A DNA stretch of 64,000 bases from the NCBI GenBank assembly GCA_050633305.1, contig JBOEGF010000032.1, positions 128,001-192,000 on the forward strand, written 5' to 3'. The notes under the pieces were generated by a model. It saw nothing but the letters and a program-made list of their open reading frames with translations. It made no database searches and was not told the origin of the DNA. The translations under genes were made by a program, and so were the position numbers. The stretch comes from Nannocystales bacterium. Its GTDB lineage: Bacteria > Myxococcota_A > Polyangia > Nannocystales > Nannocystaceae. This document shows, one piece after another, positions 18,140 to 25,672 of the stretch (its first letter is position 1; each line of letters begins with the position of its first letter).

Positions 18140-20467
18140 CTAGGTCGGCAGGTCGGTGGGACTGGATGCGACAGCAGGGCGAGCAGGAAGGATGACCGTA
18201 AACCGGGCGCCCCTTCCATCGGATTCGACCACGATGTCGCCGCCGTGGTCTTGCACGATGCCATAGGAGATCGCCAGGCCCAGTCCGGTGCCTTTGCCGA
18301 TCTCTTTTGTAGAGAAGAAGGGGTCGAAGATGCGCGGGAGGACCTCGGGCGGAATGCCGTGCCCTTCGTCCGCGACACTCAGCCGTACTTCGTCCCCCTC
18401 GCGCGCGAGGTTGATGCGGACCGTGCCCCCCCGTGGCATGGCGTCGACGGCGTTGGAGAGCAGGTTGAGCGCGACTTGCTCGAGCTGGTCGGGATCGGCG
18501 TGCACCACCGCGGCGTCGTTGCGCTCTCGCATGACTCGCACGTTGTGCATTTTCCACTGATACTCGCCAATGCCAACCACCCGGTCGATGAGGGACCCCA
18601 AGTCGATCGGGGCGCGCTGGCCCCCCTCACGTTGGCGGGAGAACAGCAGCACGCCTTCGACGATCTTCCGGCAACGCTCCCCACTTTGGGCGATCTTCTC
18701 GACCTTTCGGCGGACGCCCTCGGGAAGGGTGCGTTGCTCGAGCAGAAGCTTGGAGTAGCCCACGACCCCTGACAGAGGGTTGTTGATCTCGTGGGCGATG
18801 CCAGCGGCCAGAAGCCCGACCGCGGCGAGCTTTTGGCTGCGCAGGATCTGGGTCTCGAGCGCTCTTCGGTCGCGCAGGTCGAGGCCGACGAACACAGCTC
18901 CGGCCGTCTCGCCCCCGGAGTCGAGACGACGGCCTTCGAGGTGCAGAGGAATCTCGTCGCCGCCGCGATGCCGCAGCGTGATCTCGCGGGCGACCTCCCC
19001 TTCGCGGAGCACGGTGTCCCAGAAGTCGGCCCACTGGTCGGGGACCTGTGCGACGCCAACCTCAACGCCGAAGCGCCGGCCTTCCGCCTCACCGCTGGGA
19101 ATCCCCAACAGCGCTTCGCTGGCCCGGTTCCAGGTCACCACGCGCCCCGCGGCATCGACCGAGCCCAAGAGCACGGTCGTCTGGTTGAGCAGCATCGACT
19201 GGTAGGCGGCGAGCTCGCGAGTCTCGAGGGTGAGCAAACCCGACGCGAGGCCAAGTGCGATCTGAGCCGCCACCGTTCCGAGCAAGGCCCGATCACGATC
19301 GTCCCAAGCGGCCCCGTCCTTGCGGCCGAGCAGCAGATGCCCCACGACGCCCGAGGGTCCGCGCAGCGGGACGCGGGCCACGTGCGAAAGCTGGGCTCGG
19401 GCTCCGAACGCAGCGGCGAGGGCGTTCCCCTCCTCGCTCGAAGCCAACACCACATCCCGGCCTTGCGCCCAGCTGTCCGGAGGAACTTCGTCTCCAGAGA
19501 GCTCCACGGCGGGTTGCGGCTGATCCCCGACGAGCCCCCATCGCTGCCATCCGTCCGCGGTCCGGGCGAGCACACAGACCCGATCGGACTCCAGCGCGGT
19601 TCCCAGGGCTGCACATGCAGCCAACACCGATTGAAGGGGGTCATCGGCCTGAACGAGGCAACGATCGACCTGTGCCACGAGGCGCTCTTCGAAGGCTCGC
19701 CGCCGTCGCTCGCTGAGATCGCGGATCAGCATCACCGCCGGGCCGGTCCCCGCGGCGAGCGAGAGCTCGGTCGGGACGGTCTCCCCGTCTCGGCGACGCA
19801 ACGTCATCTCGCCTTGCCAGCTCCCCGTCCGCGCAACCGTCAGCGCCCGCGACAAGGCCGGCACATCCCCGCGACTGGCGAGTTCCAGGACGCTCCGGCC
19901 GACGATGCCTTCGCCGAGCAGCGTGGTCGCCGAAGGGTTCGCGTGGACGACCCGGCCATCATTGTCGACGAGCAACACGCCCTGATCGAGAGCGTCGAGA
20001 CTGCGGGTCACCGCCACGCCCAACTCCGCTTCAGGACCCAAGCGCGAGGGACTGGTGGGATGACAGGTCACGACGACCGCCCCTGCCGGCAGGCTGGCGC
20101 TGCGCACGAGGATGTCCACGCGTGGTCCAAGTCGCGGCAACAGCCCGACCTCGAGCGCAAAACCTCGACCGCTGTCGCGCTCACGAAGCGCCCGGAATGC
20201 ACGACCGAACCCCTCACGCTCGCTGGCGCGGGAGAGCCACAACAAGAACGGCTCCCCCAAGCACGCGGGGGCCGTGAGGTGCAGGAGATCCGCGAAGGCC
20301 TTGTTTGCCTCCACCACCAAGCCCGCAGCATCGAGGACGACCGTCGCCACGGGAAGCGCTGCGACCACGTCGCGATGCAGCTCCGGCGAACCACCGGCCA
20401 ACGCCGCGGCGCGAAATCCGAGGGTCCCCTCTTCGTCTTCGGGATCGATATGCGGGTGCTTGTCCAT
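18140..20467 (-). CDS. PAS-PAS-GAF-PAS sensor histidine kinase
   Basis: H-box AGIAHEINNPL, N-box NLLSNAVDA, DEGHGI, FDPFFSTK, GTGLGL. No TM segments evident. Confidence 0.95.
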   Translation of the reverse strand: MDKHPHIDPEDEEGTLGFRAAALAGGSPELHRDVVAALPVATVVLDAAGLVVEANKAFADLLHLTAPACLGEPFLLWLSRASEREGFGRAFRALRERDSGRGFALEVGLLPRLGPRVDILVRSASLPAGAVVVTCHPTSPSRLGPEAELGVAVTRSLDALDQGVLLVDNDGRVVHANPSATTLLGEGIVGRSVLELASRGDVPALSRALTVARTGSWQGEMTLRRRDGETVPTELSLAAGTGPAVMLIRDLSERRRRAFEERLVAQVDRCLVQADDPLQSVLAACAALGTALESDRVCVLARTADGWQRWGLVGDQPQPAVELSGDEVPPDSWAQGRDVVLASSEEGNALAAAFGARAQLSHVARVPLRGPSGVVGHLLLGRKDGAAWDDRDRALLGTVAAQIALGLASGLLTLETRELAAYQSMLLNQTTVLLGSVDAAGRVVTWNRASEALLGIPSGEAEGRRFGVEVGVAQVPDQWADFWDTVLREGEVAREITLRHRGGDEIPLHLEGRRLDSGGETAGAVFVGLDLRDRRALETQILRSQKLAAVGLLAAGIAHEINNPLSGVVGYSKLLLEQRTLPEGVRRKVEKIAQSGERCRKIVEGVLLFSRQREGGQRAPIDLGSLIDRVVGIGEYQWKMHNVRVMRERNDAAVVHADPDQLEQVALNLLSNAVDAMPRGGTVRINLAREGDEVRLSVADEGHGIPPEVLPRIFDPFFSTKEIGKGTGLGLAISYGIVQDHGGDIVVESDGRGARFTVILPARPAVASSPTDLPT

Positions 20468-20591
20468 CGCGGGGACACCGTCCGTCTGGGGCGCGGCAGA
20501 GGCTCGATTCGCCCCATCTCGCCGCCGCTCTCGGTCTCACACGAGCGTACCGTACCCATGCGCAGGCCGCACGTGGTACTGCGGAGCCGCC

Positions 20592-21308
20592 ATGGCCGAC
20601 GATCAGCCCGCCCTGCCCCGGCACGCCGCCACCGTCGTCGTCACCCGCCCGACCCCACGCGGCGACGATGCGGAGATCTTCATGGTGCGGCGGTCGGCCA
20701 AGAGCCCGTTCATGCCCTCCACGCTGGTGTTTCCCGGAGGACGGCTCGATCCGGAGGACGGATCCCCGCAGCAGGACGACAGCTGGGATCGTGCGGCACG
20801 TCGGGAAACCGCTGAGGAGATCGGCGTCGCCTTGGATGTGGACCTCCTGTGGTTCGACACTTGGCTCACACCGTCCGCCGAGAGCCGGCGGCGCTACCTC
20901 ACGCGGTTCTACTGGGCCTGCATCGACCGTGGCGCGGGGGAACACGCAGAGGCCGATGGGCACGAAACCCACGAGGGGCGGTGGGCCACGGCGGCCACCC
21001 ACCTCGAGCGCTGGAAAGCCCAAGAGGTGGATCTCCCCCCACCGACCCTGGCGACTCTGCTCCGTTTGGCCCCTTTGGGCCTGGACGCCGCCACCAGCTT
21101 GCGTACCCTGGCACCGCAAGACGTCATTCTCCCGAAGGTCTTCGCAGCCCAGGGCGCCGTGCAGATCGTCATGCCCCATGATCCCGAGTACGCAGGCCTT
21201 CCCGGGGAGGCCGCCCCCGCTCCCGCCCGCGCGCACTCGCTGCCCACCCGCTTCTCTCGCCTCGAACGCGTATGGACGCCCGTCTCCCAGCCCTCCTCCT
21301 CGGACTGA
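20592..21308 (+). CDS. NUDIX hydrolase
   Basis: VFPGGRLDPED...AARRETAEEIG Nudix box, WLTP...RRYLTRFY and LPPPT typical of the Nudt19-like subfamily. Confidence 0.88.
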   Translation: MADDQPALPRHAATVVVTRPTPRGDDAEIFMVRRSAKSPFMPSTLVFPGGRLDPEDGSPQQDDSWDRAARRETAEEIGVALDVDLLWFDTWLTPSAESRRRYLTRFYWACIDRGAGEHAEADGHETHEGRWATAATHLERWKAQEVDLPPPTLATLLRLAPLGLDAATSLRTLAPQDVILPKVFAAQGAVQIVMPHDPEYAGLPGEAAPAPARAHSLPTRFSRLERVWTPVSQPSSSD

Positions 21309-22246
21309 CCCTCGCCGTCGCGTGCGACGACTCGAAGTCCAAGCCTGACCCCGGCACGCCCAGCGGCTCGACGCCCGCGGAGCCCGCAGCCGACACCAAG
21401 GCCGAGCCGGACACGCCAACCACGGGCGGCAACCCCCTGCTGGAGTGGCTCGACCCCGAAGCGGTCGCCATCGTCTATCTCAAGCGGGACGTGGACATCG
21501 ACCCGGAGTCGTTCGCGACCGCGTTCGCCGTTCCGCCCAAGCTCGCCCGCATGCTCCGCGACGTGCCGGCGGTGGTCGAAGGGCTCGATGCGATCCGCGA
21601 CGCCGCAGACCCACAGCCGCAGACGTGGTTTGGCCCGGAGGCGCTCGCATCGACCTCGATCGTCGCGTCGGGGACCTACGTCCTGCACACGCTCGACAAG
21701 CCCCGTGCCGACGTCGAGGGTTACCTCGAGCGCGCCTCCATGCGGGCCGACGAGATCGAGGGGTTCCGCGTGTTCCTGCCGCAAGGGCCGTTTCCGTGGA
21801 AGGTCGCCTTCCTCAACGATCGTGTCGTGGCGTTCGTCCCCGTCAAGGAGATCGGCTCCGGCCTCAGCCCGCTCACCGCGGGACGCGACCTACCAGCCTC
21901 CCGAGCGGAGCAAGAGCTCGAAGACGTCCTCAAACAAGACCCCTCTACGGTGCTCGAGGCCGTCGCGGCTGGACCCCTGCTCCACCTCGAACTCCACCAA
22001 GACCTCGCCCAGTACTCGGTGCGGGCCCGGCCGTTTCAGAAGAAGGGCTTGGAGGTCGAGGTCCAACTCGCCCCGATCGAAAACCCGACCCAGGCGGTCG
22101 CATCACTCGCTGAGCGCGATCTATCTCTGGAGACCGACGCCCTCGCTGCGCTTGCCAAGCGGGTCGCCTTCAGCGTCGAAGGCCCGATCGTCGTGGGACG
22201 GCTGCAGGCCAGCGGCGACGACGTGCGCACCCTCGGAGACGAGTGA
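21272..22246 (+). CDS. Hypothetical lipoprotein
   Basis: Lipobox LAVAC, Pro-rich linker, globular domain. Overlaps the NUDIX gene by 37 bp. Confidence 0.75.
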   Translation: MDARLPALLLGLTLAVACDDSKSKPDPGTPSGSTPAEPAADTKAEPDTPTTGGNPLLEWLDPEAVAIVYLKRDVDIDPESFATAFAVPPKLARMLRDVPAVVEGLDAIRDAADPQPQTWFGPEALASTSIVASGTYVLHTLDKPRADVEGYLERASMRADEIEGFRVFLPQGPFPWKVAFLNDRVVAFVPVKEIGSGLSPLTAGRDLPASRAEQELEDVLKQDPSTVLEAVAAGPLLHLELHQDLAQYSVRARPFQKKGLEVEVQLAPIENPTQAVASLAERDLSLETDALAALAKRVAFSVEGPIVVGRLQASGDDVRTLGDE

Positions 22247-23034
22247 TGCGTCGATTGGGGTGCCTGCTCGCGCTCGGCCTCAGCGCCTGCCCAGGACCCC
22301 GGACTGATCCGCCTCCCAGTCGACCGACACCCGAGCCCGCGCCAACCAAGGGGCTGCGCTCCTGTCCGGCGTCCCCCTCCTTCGAAACGCTGTCGTGGGT
22401 GCCGCCCGCGGCCGAAGCCGTGACGCTGATCGATCTGTCCAGCGACGCGCTGCCCGAGGCGCTCAAGAACCTCTCGGACGGAGTGCGGACGCCGCAGCGA
22501 CAACTTCCGATCCGCGTCTCGTTCGCGCTGGGGCAGTGGACCTGGCAGGTCCCGCTGCTGCGCACCACGCTTCGCCAAGCCGGCTTCGAACCGCAACAGC
22601 TCGTCCATGTCGCGCTGCCGGACGGCACGTCCGCGTGGGGCTGGTCGCCGAGTTGCGAGCTGGAAACGCTGAGCACCAACCTTGAGCAGGGCTGGCAGCT
22701 CCCGCTGCGCGCAACACCCTACGGGGCCGTCGCGATCGCCGGTTTGACCGAGGATGGGGATCCGGAGTTTCCCTACGACTTCCTCGTATACGGGGCGTCC
22801 GCGTACCTCCTGGTTCCCGCAGGGCGGGCCCACGCCGTGGCCCAACGTTTCGCCGAGCGTTCGAACGACCCTTCAGAGCCAGGCCTCGGCGAGCTCGCCG
22901 ACGGTCTCGAGGCAGCGCCGATTCGCCTGGTGGTGCGGACCGGCTCTCTGCTGACGCCCGGGGCGGACGCGAGCGCCCCATCCTCCACGACGACGCATCG
23001 CATCGATGCCCAGTCGTGGAACACCGGGCCGTGA
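22246..23034 (+). CDS. Hypothetical lipoprotein
   Basis: MRRLGCLLALGLSAC lipobox. TGATG coupling with the upstream gene. Confidence 0.7.
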   Translation: MRRLGCLLALGLSACPGPRTDPPPSRPTPEPAPTKGLRSCPASPSFETLSWVPPAAEAVTLIDLSSDALPEALKNLSDGVRTPQRQLPIRVSFALGQWTWQVPLLRTTLRQAGFEPQQLVHVALPDGTSAWGWSPSCELETLSTNLEQGWQLPLRATPYGAVAIAGLTEDGDPEFPYDFLVYGASAYLLVPAGRAHAVAQRFAERSNDPSEPGLGELADGLEAAPIRLVVRTGSLLTPGADASAPSSTTTHRIDAQSWNTGP

Positions 23035-23132
23035 GTCGGCGACCCTGCCCCGTGCGGCGACGACCCATCTCCCGGCGGATTCGGCCTCACTTTTGCTGGA
23101 ACCTACGGATGCGGGACATTACGCTCGCGCCC

Positions 23133-23645
23133 ATGTCTGCCGAACGCGTGATGGCACTCCTCCCTCCGATGCTCGCCAAGGTGGCGGAGCTCGACCCAGC
23201 CGCCGCCACCGACCCACAGCGGGCCTCGGGTGTCCTGGCAGCCCTACGCGAGGCGTTCCCCGAAGACGGAGAGGCTGTTCGGGAGCTTGGCGCAGCACTG
23301 AATGCAGGTGTGGCCGACGGAACGATCTGCAACCGAGGTGACGAAAACGCCCGGTTCTGTCGGCTGGCCAAAGCCACCGAGGCCACGCACGGGCTGTCGA
23401 TCGACGTCGTCTCCCTCAAGGGTGCCGCGCTGGAACACACCCACCCAAACGGCGAGGTCACGCTCGGGTTTGCCGCAACCGACCAAGACGGCGCCGCGCG
23501 CTTCGACGGACACGCCCCCGGCTGGGTATTCATGCCTCCTGGGTCCAGGCACGTCCCCACGGTGGATGGGGGCCGCATGTTCCTGATCTACTTCCTTCCG
23601 GACGGAGCGGTGACCTGGCACCCCGAATCGTCGACCTCGGGGTGA
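23133..23645 (+). CDS. DUF4863 family (PnbB hydroxylaminobenzoate lyase-like) cupin-type protein
   Basis: SIDVV...HTHPNGEV...FDGHAPGWVFMPPGSRHVPTVDGG...YFLPDGA matches the family as I recall it. Confidence 0.8.
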   Translation: MSAERVMALLPPMLAKVAELDPAAATDPQRASGVLAALREAFPEDGEAVRELGAALNAGVADGTICNRGDENARFCRLAKATEATHGLSIDVVSLKGAALEHTHPNGEVTLGFAATDQDGAARFDGHAPGWVFMPPGSRHVPTVDGGRMFLIYFLPDGAVTWHPESSTSG

Positions 23646-23715
23646 AAACGGGCGCGCACGTGGCTGCAGGAGGCTTGCGCGCCGACGACGGTCGTGGGAT
23701 AGCTTCGGCGAAATC

Positions 23716-24438
23716 ATGCCCGTGATGCGCAACGGATCCTTCACCAGCATCGTCCTCTGCCTTGGCCTTCTCGCGCCCCTCAGCGGCTGCGACAAGAACA
23801 GGCCTGACGGGGCGGCTCAGCCTCCCGGAGGCGATGGTGCTGTCGCTGCCACCACCGACGGCGCGAGCGATGGCTCGGGCGACGACTCGGGCGGTGCGTC
23901 CGACGGTGGCGATTCCGGTGGCGACACCGGTGCGGAGCCGGCTCCCGCTGCCTGCGACGCCAAGGTGGCCGACACCCCCACCGCCCTGTTCGGCGACAAG
24001 GTCCTCATCCGCCCGCCGCTGAATGTCGAGCTGGTCGAAGAGAACCCCACAATGGCCCAAACCTACGCTTCGGGCGGGTTTGTGAGCGCTTGCGACGCGA
24101 CCGTCGACAAGATGTACCTGCTGGTCTTTCCCAACGACAAGAAGAAAGACGCGGCAACCTACATGGTCGAGACCATCGACGGAGCCCTGGTCGCGGCGGG
24201 CTACGCCAACGGCACCCGGGGCAAGAACTTCGTCGAGTCGGCGACTCAGGTCGACACGGCGGTCGAGTACCCCGCGGGGGAAGGCGCGCCTCCTGCCAAG
24301 CTCTACGTCTCGGTCAAGAAGCTCTACGACAACACCCTCGTGACCGTGTTCGTCACGCGCCCCGCTGAGTTCGACACCTTGGCTCCGACGTTCCAAGAGT
24401 CGGCGGCAAGCCTCATCGTCCTGCCCCCGGACGCCTGA
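23716..24438 (+). CDS. Hypothetical lipoprotein
   Basis: Lipobox LSGC, Gly/Asp stalk, beta-rich C-terminal domain (PsbP/Mog1-like end: VTVFVTRPAEFDTLAPTFQESAASL). Confidence 0.75.
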   Translation: MPVMRNGSFTSIVLCLGLLAPLSGCDKNRPDGAAQPPGGDGAVAATTDGASDGSGDDSGGASDGGDSGGDTGAEPAPAACDAKVADTPTALFGDKVLIRPPLNVELVEENPTMAQTYASGGFVSACDATVDKMYLLVFPNDKKKDAATYMVETIDGALVAAGYANGTRGKNFVESATQVDTAVEYPAGEGAPPAKLYVSVKKLYDNTLVTVFVTRPAEFDTLAPTFQESAASLIVLPPDA

Positions 24439-24581
24439 GTTGCACGCTGACAGCTGCGCGACCTCCACGTCGCGCGGCTCTTCGGGCTGATCGCTCGATC
24501 CACGGGAGATCTCTGTTTCGACAGGATCTCCCGTTTCGCGTTCGAGGCTCCCAACAACATGCCGACGCCCGACCGGAGATC

Positions 24582-24610
24582 TTGCTGATCCGGCCGGTTT
24601 CGGCTACACA
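24582..24610 (+). promoter_or_regulatory. Putative sigma70-type promoter for the first tRNA
   Basis: TTGCTG-N17-TACACA, about 40 nt upstream of the tRNA 5' end. Confidence 0.45.
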
Positions 24611-24651
24611 CCACGCTCGCGAAACACCCATACGGGCTTCGCGCTCCCCCT

Positions 24652-24726
24652 GACCCCATCGTCTAGCGGCCAAGGACGCCGGCTTTATTCAAGTCGGAAA
24701 CAGAGGTTCGAGTCCTCTTGGGGTCG
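24652..24726 (+). tRNA. tRNA-Glu-like gene with a 9-nt anticodon loop (atypical or pseudo)
   Basis: Full cloverleaf: acceptor GACCCCA/TGGGGTC, D-stem GTCT/GGAC, anticodon stem CCGGC/GTCGG with loop TTTATTCAA, 4-nt variable loop AAAC, T-arm AGAGG-TTCGAGT-CCTCT. Confidence 0.85.
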
Positions 24727-24763
24727 TCCAGCCGGGTTTTTCATCCTCGACTCATTTTTCTGC

Positions 24764-24792
24764 TTGCATCCCGGGGAGCTGGCGCGTAAAAG
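24764..24792 (+). promoter_or_regulatory. Putative sigma70-type promoter for tRNA-Glu/tRNA-Lys
   Basis: TTGCAT-N17-TAAAAG preceded by a T-rich tract, about 40 nt upstream of tRNA-Glu. Confidence 0.5.
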
Positions 24793-24832
24793 CTCCCCCA
24801 CTTCAACGGCTGCCCCTTCGGAGGCATCCTTT

Positions 24833-24904
24833 GGCCCCATCGTTCAGCGGTTAGGACGCGAGGTTTTCATCCTCGAAACCAGGGTTCGATTCCCTGTGGG
24901 GTCA
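24833..24904 (+). tRNA. tRNA-Glu (TTC)
   Basis: Cloverleaf GGCCCCA/TGGGGTC, anticodon arm CGAGG-TTTTCAT-CCTCG, T-arm CAGGG-TTCGATT-CCCTG. CCA not encoded. Confidence 0.97.
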
Positions 24905-24912
24905 CTAGATTC

Positions 24913-24985
24913 GGGCTAGTAGCTCAGCTGGCAGAGCAGCTGACTTTTAATCAGCGGGTCGTAGGTTCGAACCCTACCTGGCTCA
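24913..24985 (+). tRNA. tRNA-Lys (TTT)
   Basis: GGGCTAG/CTGGCTC acceptor, anticodon arm GCTGA-CTTTTAA-TCAGC, T-arm GTAGG-TTCGAAC-CCTAC. Confidence 0.97.
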
Positions 24986-24989
24986 CTCC

Positions 24990-25028
24990 AAGGGTCTCGG
25001 CGCTACGGCGCCGGGGCCCTTTTCATTT
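24990..25028 (+). terminator. Rho-independent terminator of the tRNA operon
   Basis: AAGGGTCTCGGCGC-TACG-GCGCCGGGGCCCTT hairpin (with G-U pairs) followed by TTCATTT. Confidence 0.85.
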
Positions 25029-25048
25029 GCCCACGGTCTCGCGACACT

Positions 25049-25672
25049 GTGTTCGTGGTGCCCATCGATGAAGCCGCCGCGCCGACGCCCGAGAGTGTCG
25101 AACTGAGCATTCGGCGCAGCTGGGACGCCGGGGACATGGAGACCGCGGCGACCCTCGCGATTCGCGGCTATGGACCTGAGCTGCTCGGGTACCTGCACGC
25201 GATGGTCCACGCGACCGACCCCGACGAGCTGTTCTCACGACTGTGCGAGCAGCTGTGGAAACATCTCCCCTCGTTTCGCTGGGAGAGCAGCGTACGGACC
25301 TGGACGTACACCGTGGCCCGGAACCTCGCGCGGGGGGAGGCTCGTGCGGCCGCGGGCCCACGCGGCAAGGTCGAGGGCTTGCGCGAGACCCACGCATCGC
25401 GCATCGCTGCGGACGTCCGCAGCACCACCGCCTTGCACCTGCGAACCGACTCCAAGGACGCCCTGCAGCAGATCCGCGATGAACTCGACCCCGACGATCG
25501 CACGCTGCTCATCCTGCGGGTTGACCGCGGCATGGCCTGGCGCGAGATCGTCGAGGTCTTGGACGACGGCGGGCATGAACATGACCCAGCCAAGGCCGCT
25601 GCCGCCCTCCGCAAGCGCTTCGAGCGGCTCAAGGAGAGGCTCAGGCGCGAGATGGCGGCGCTTCGCTCATGA
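25049..25672 (+). CDS. ECF-type sigma-70 factor
   Basis: Region 2 FRWESSVRTWTYTVARN and region 4 LDPDDRTLLILRVDRGMAWREI...LRKRFERLKERLR. Confidence 0.88.
   Translation: MFVVPIDEAAAPTPESVELSIRRSWDAGDMETAATLAIRGYGPELLGYLHAMVHATDPDELFSRLCEQLWKHLPSFRWESSVRTWTYTVARNLARGEARAAAGPRGKVEGLRETHASRIAADVRSTTALHLRTDSKDALQQIRDELDPDDRTLLILRVDRGMAWREIVEVLDDGGHEHDPAKAAAALRKRFERLKERLRREMAALRS

Noticed and set aside
17139..18557. 472-aa version of the response regulator
   Set aside because: The N-terminal 142 codons overlap the kinase in another frame. ATG 18131 follows the kinase stop directly.
18791..20815. Long antisense or alternative-frame ORFs (also 4414-6276, 40205-41758, 54051-55850, 59281-60831)
   Set aside because: Expected in high-GC DNA with few stops. 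They overlap motif-bearing genes and have Arg/Gly/Pro-skewed composition.
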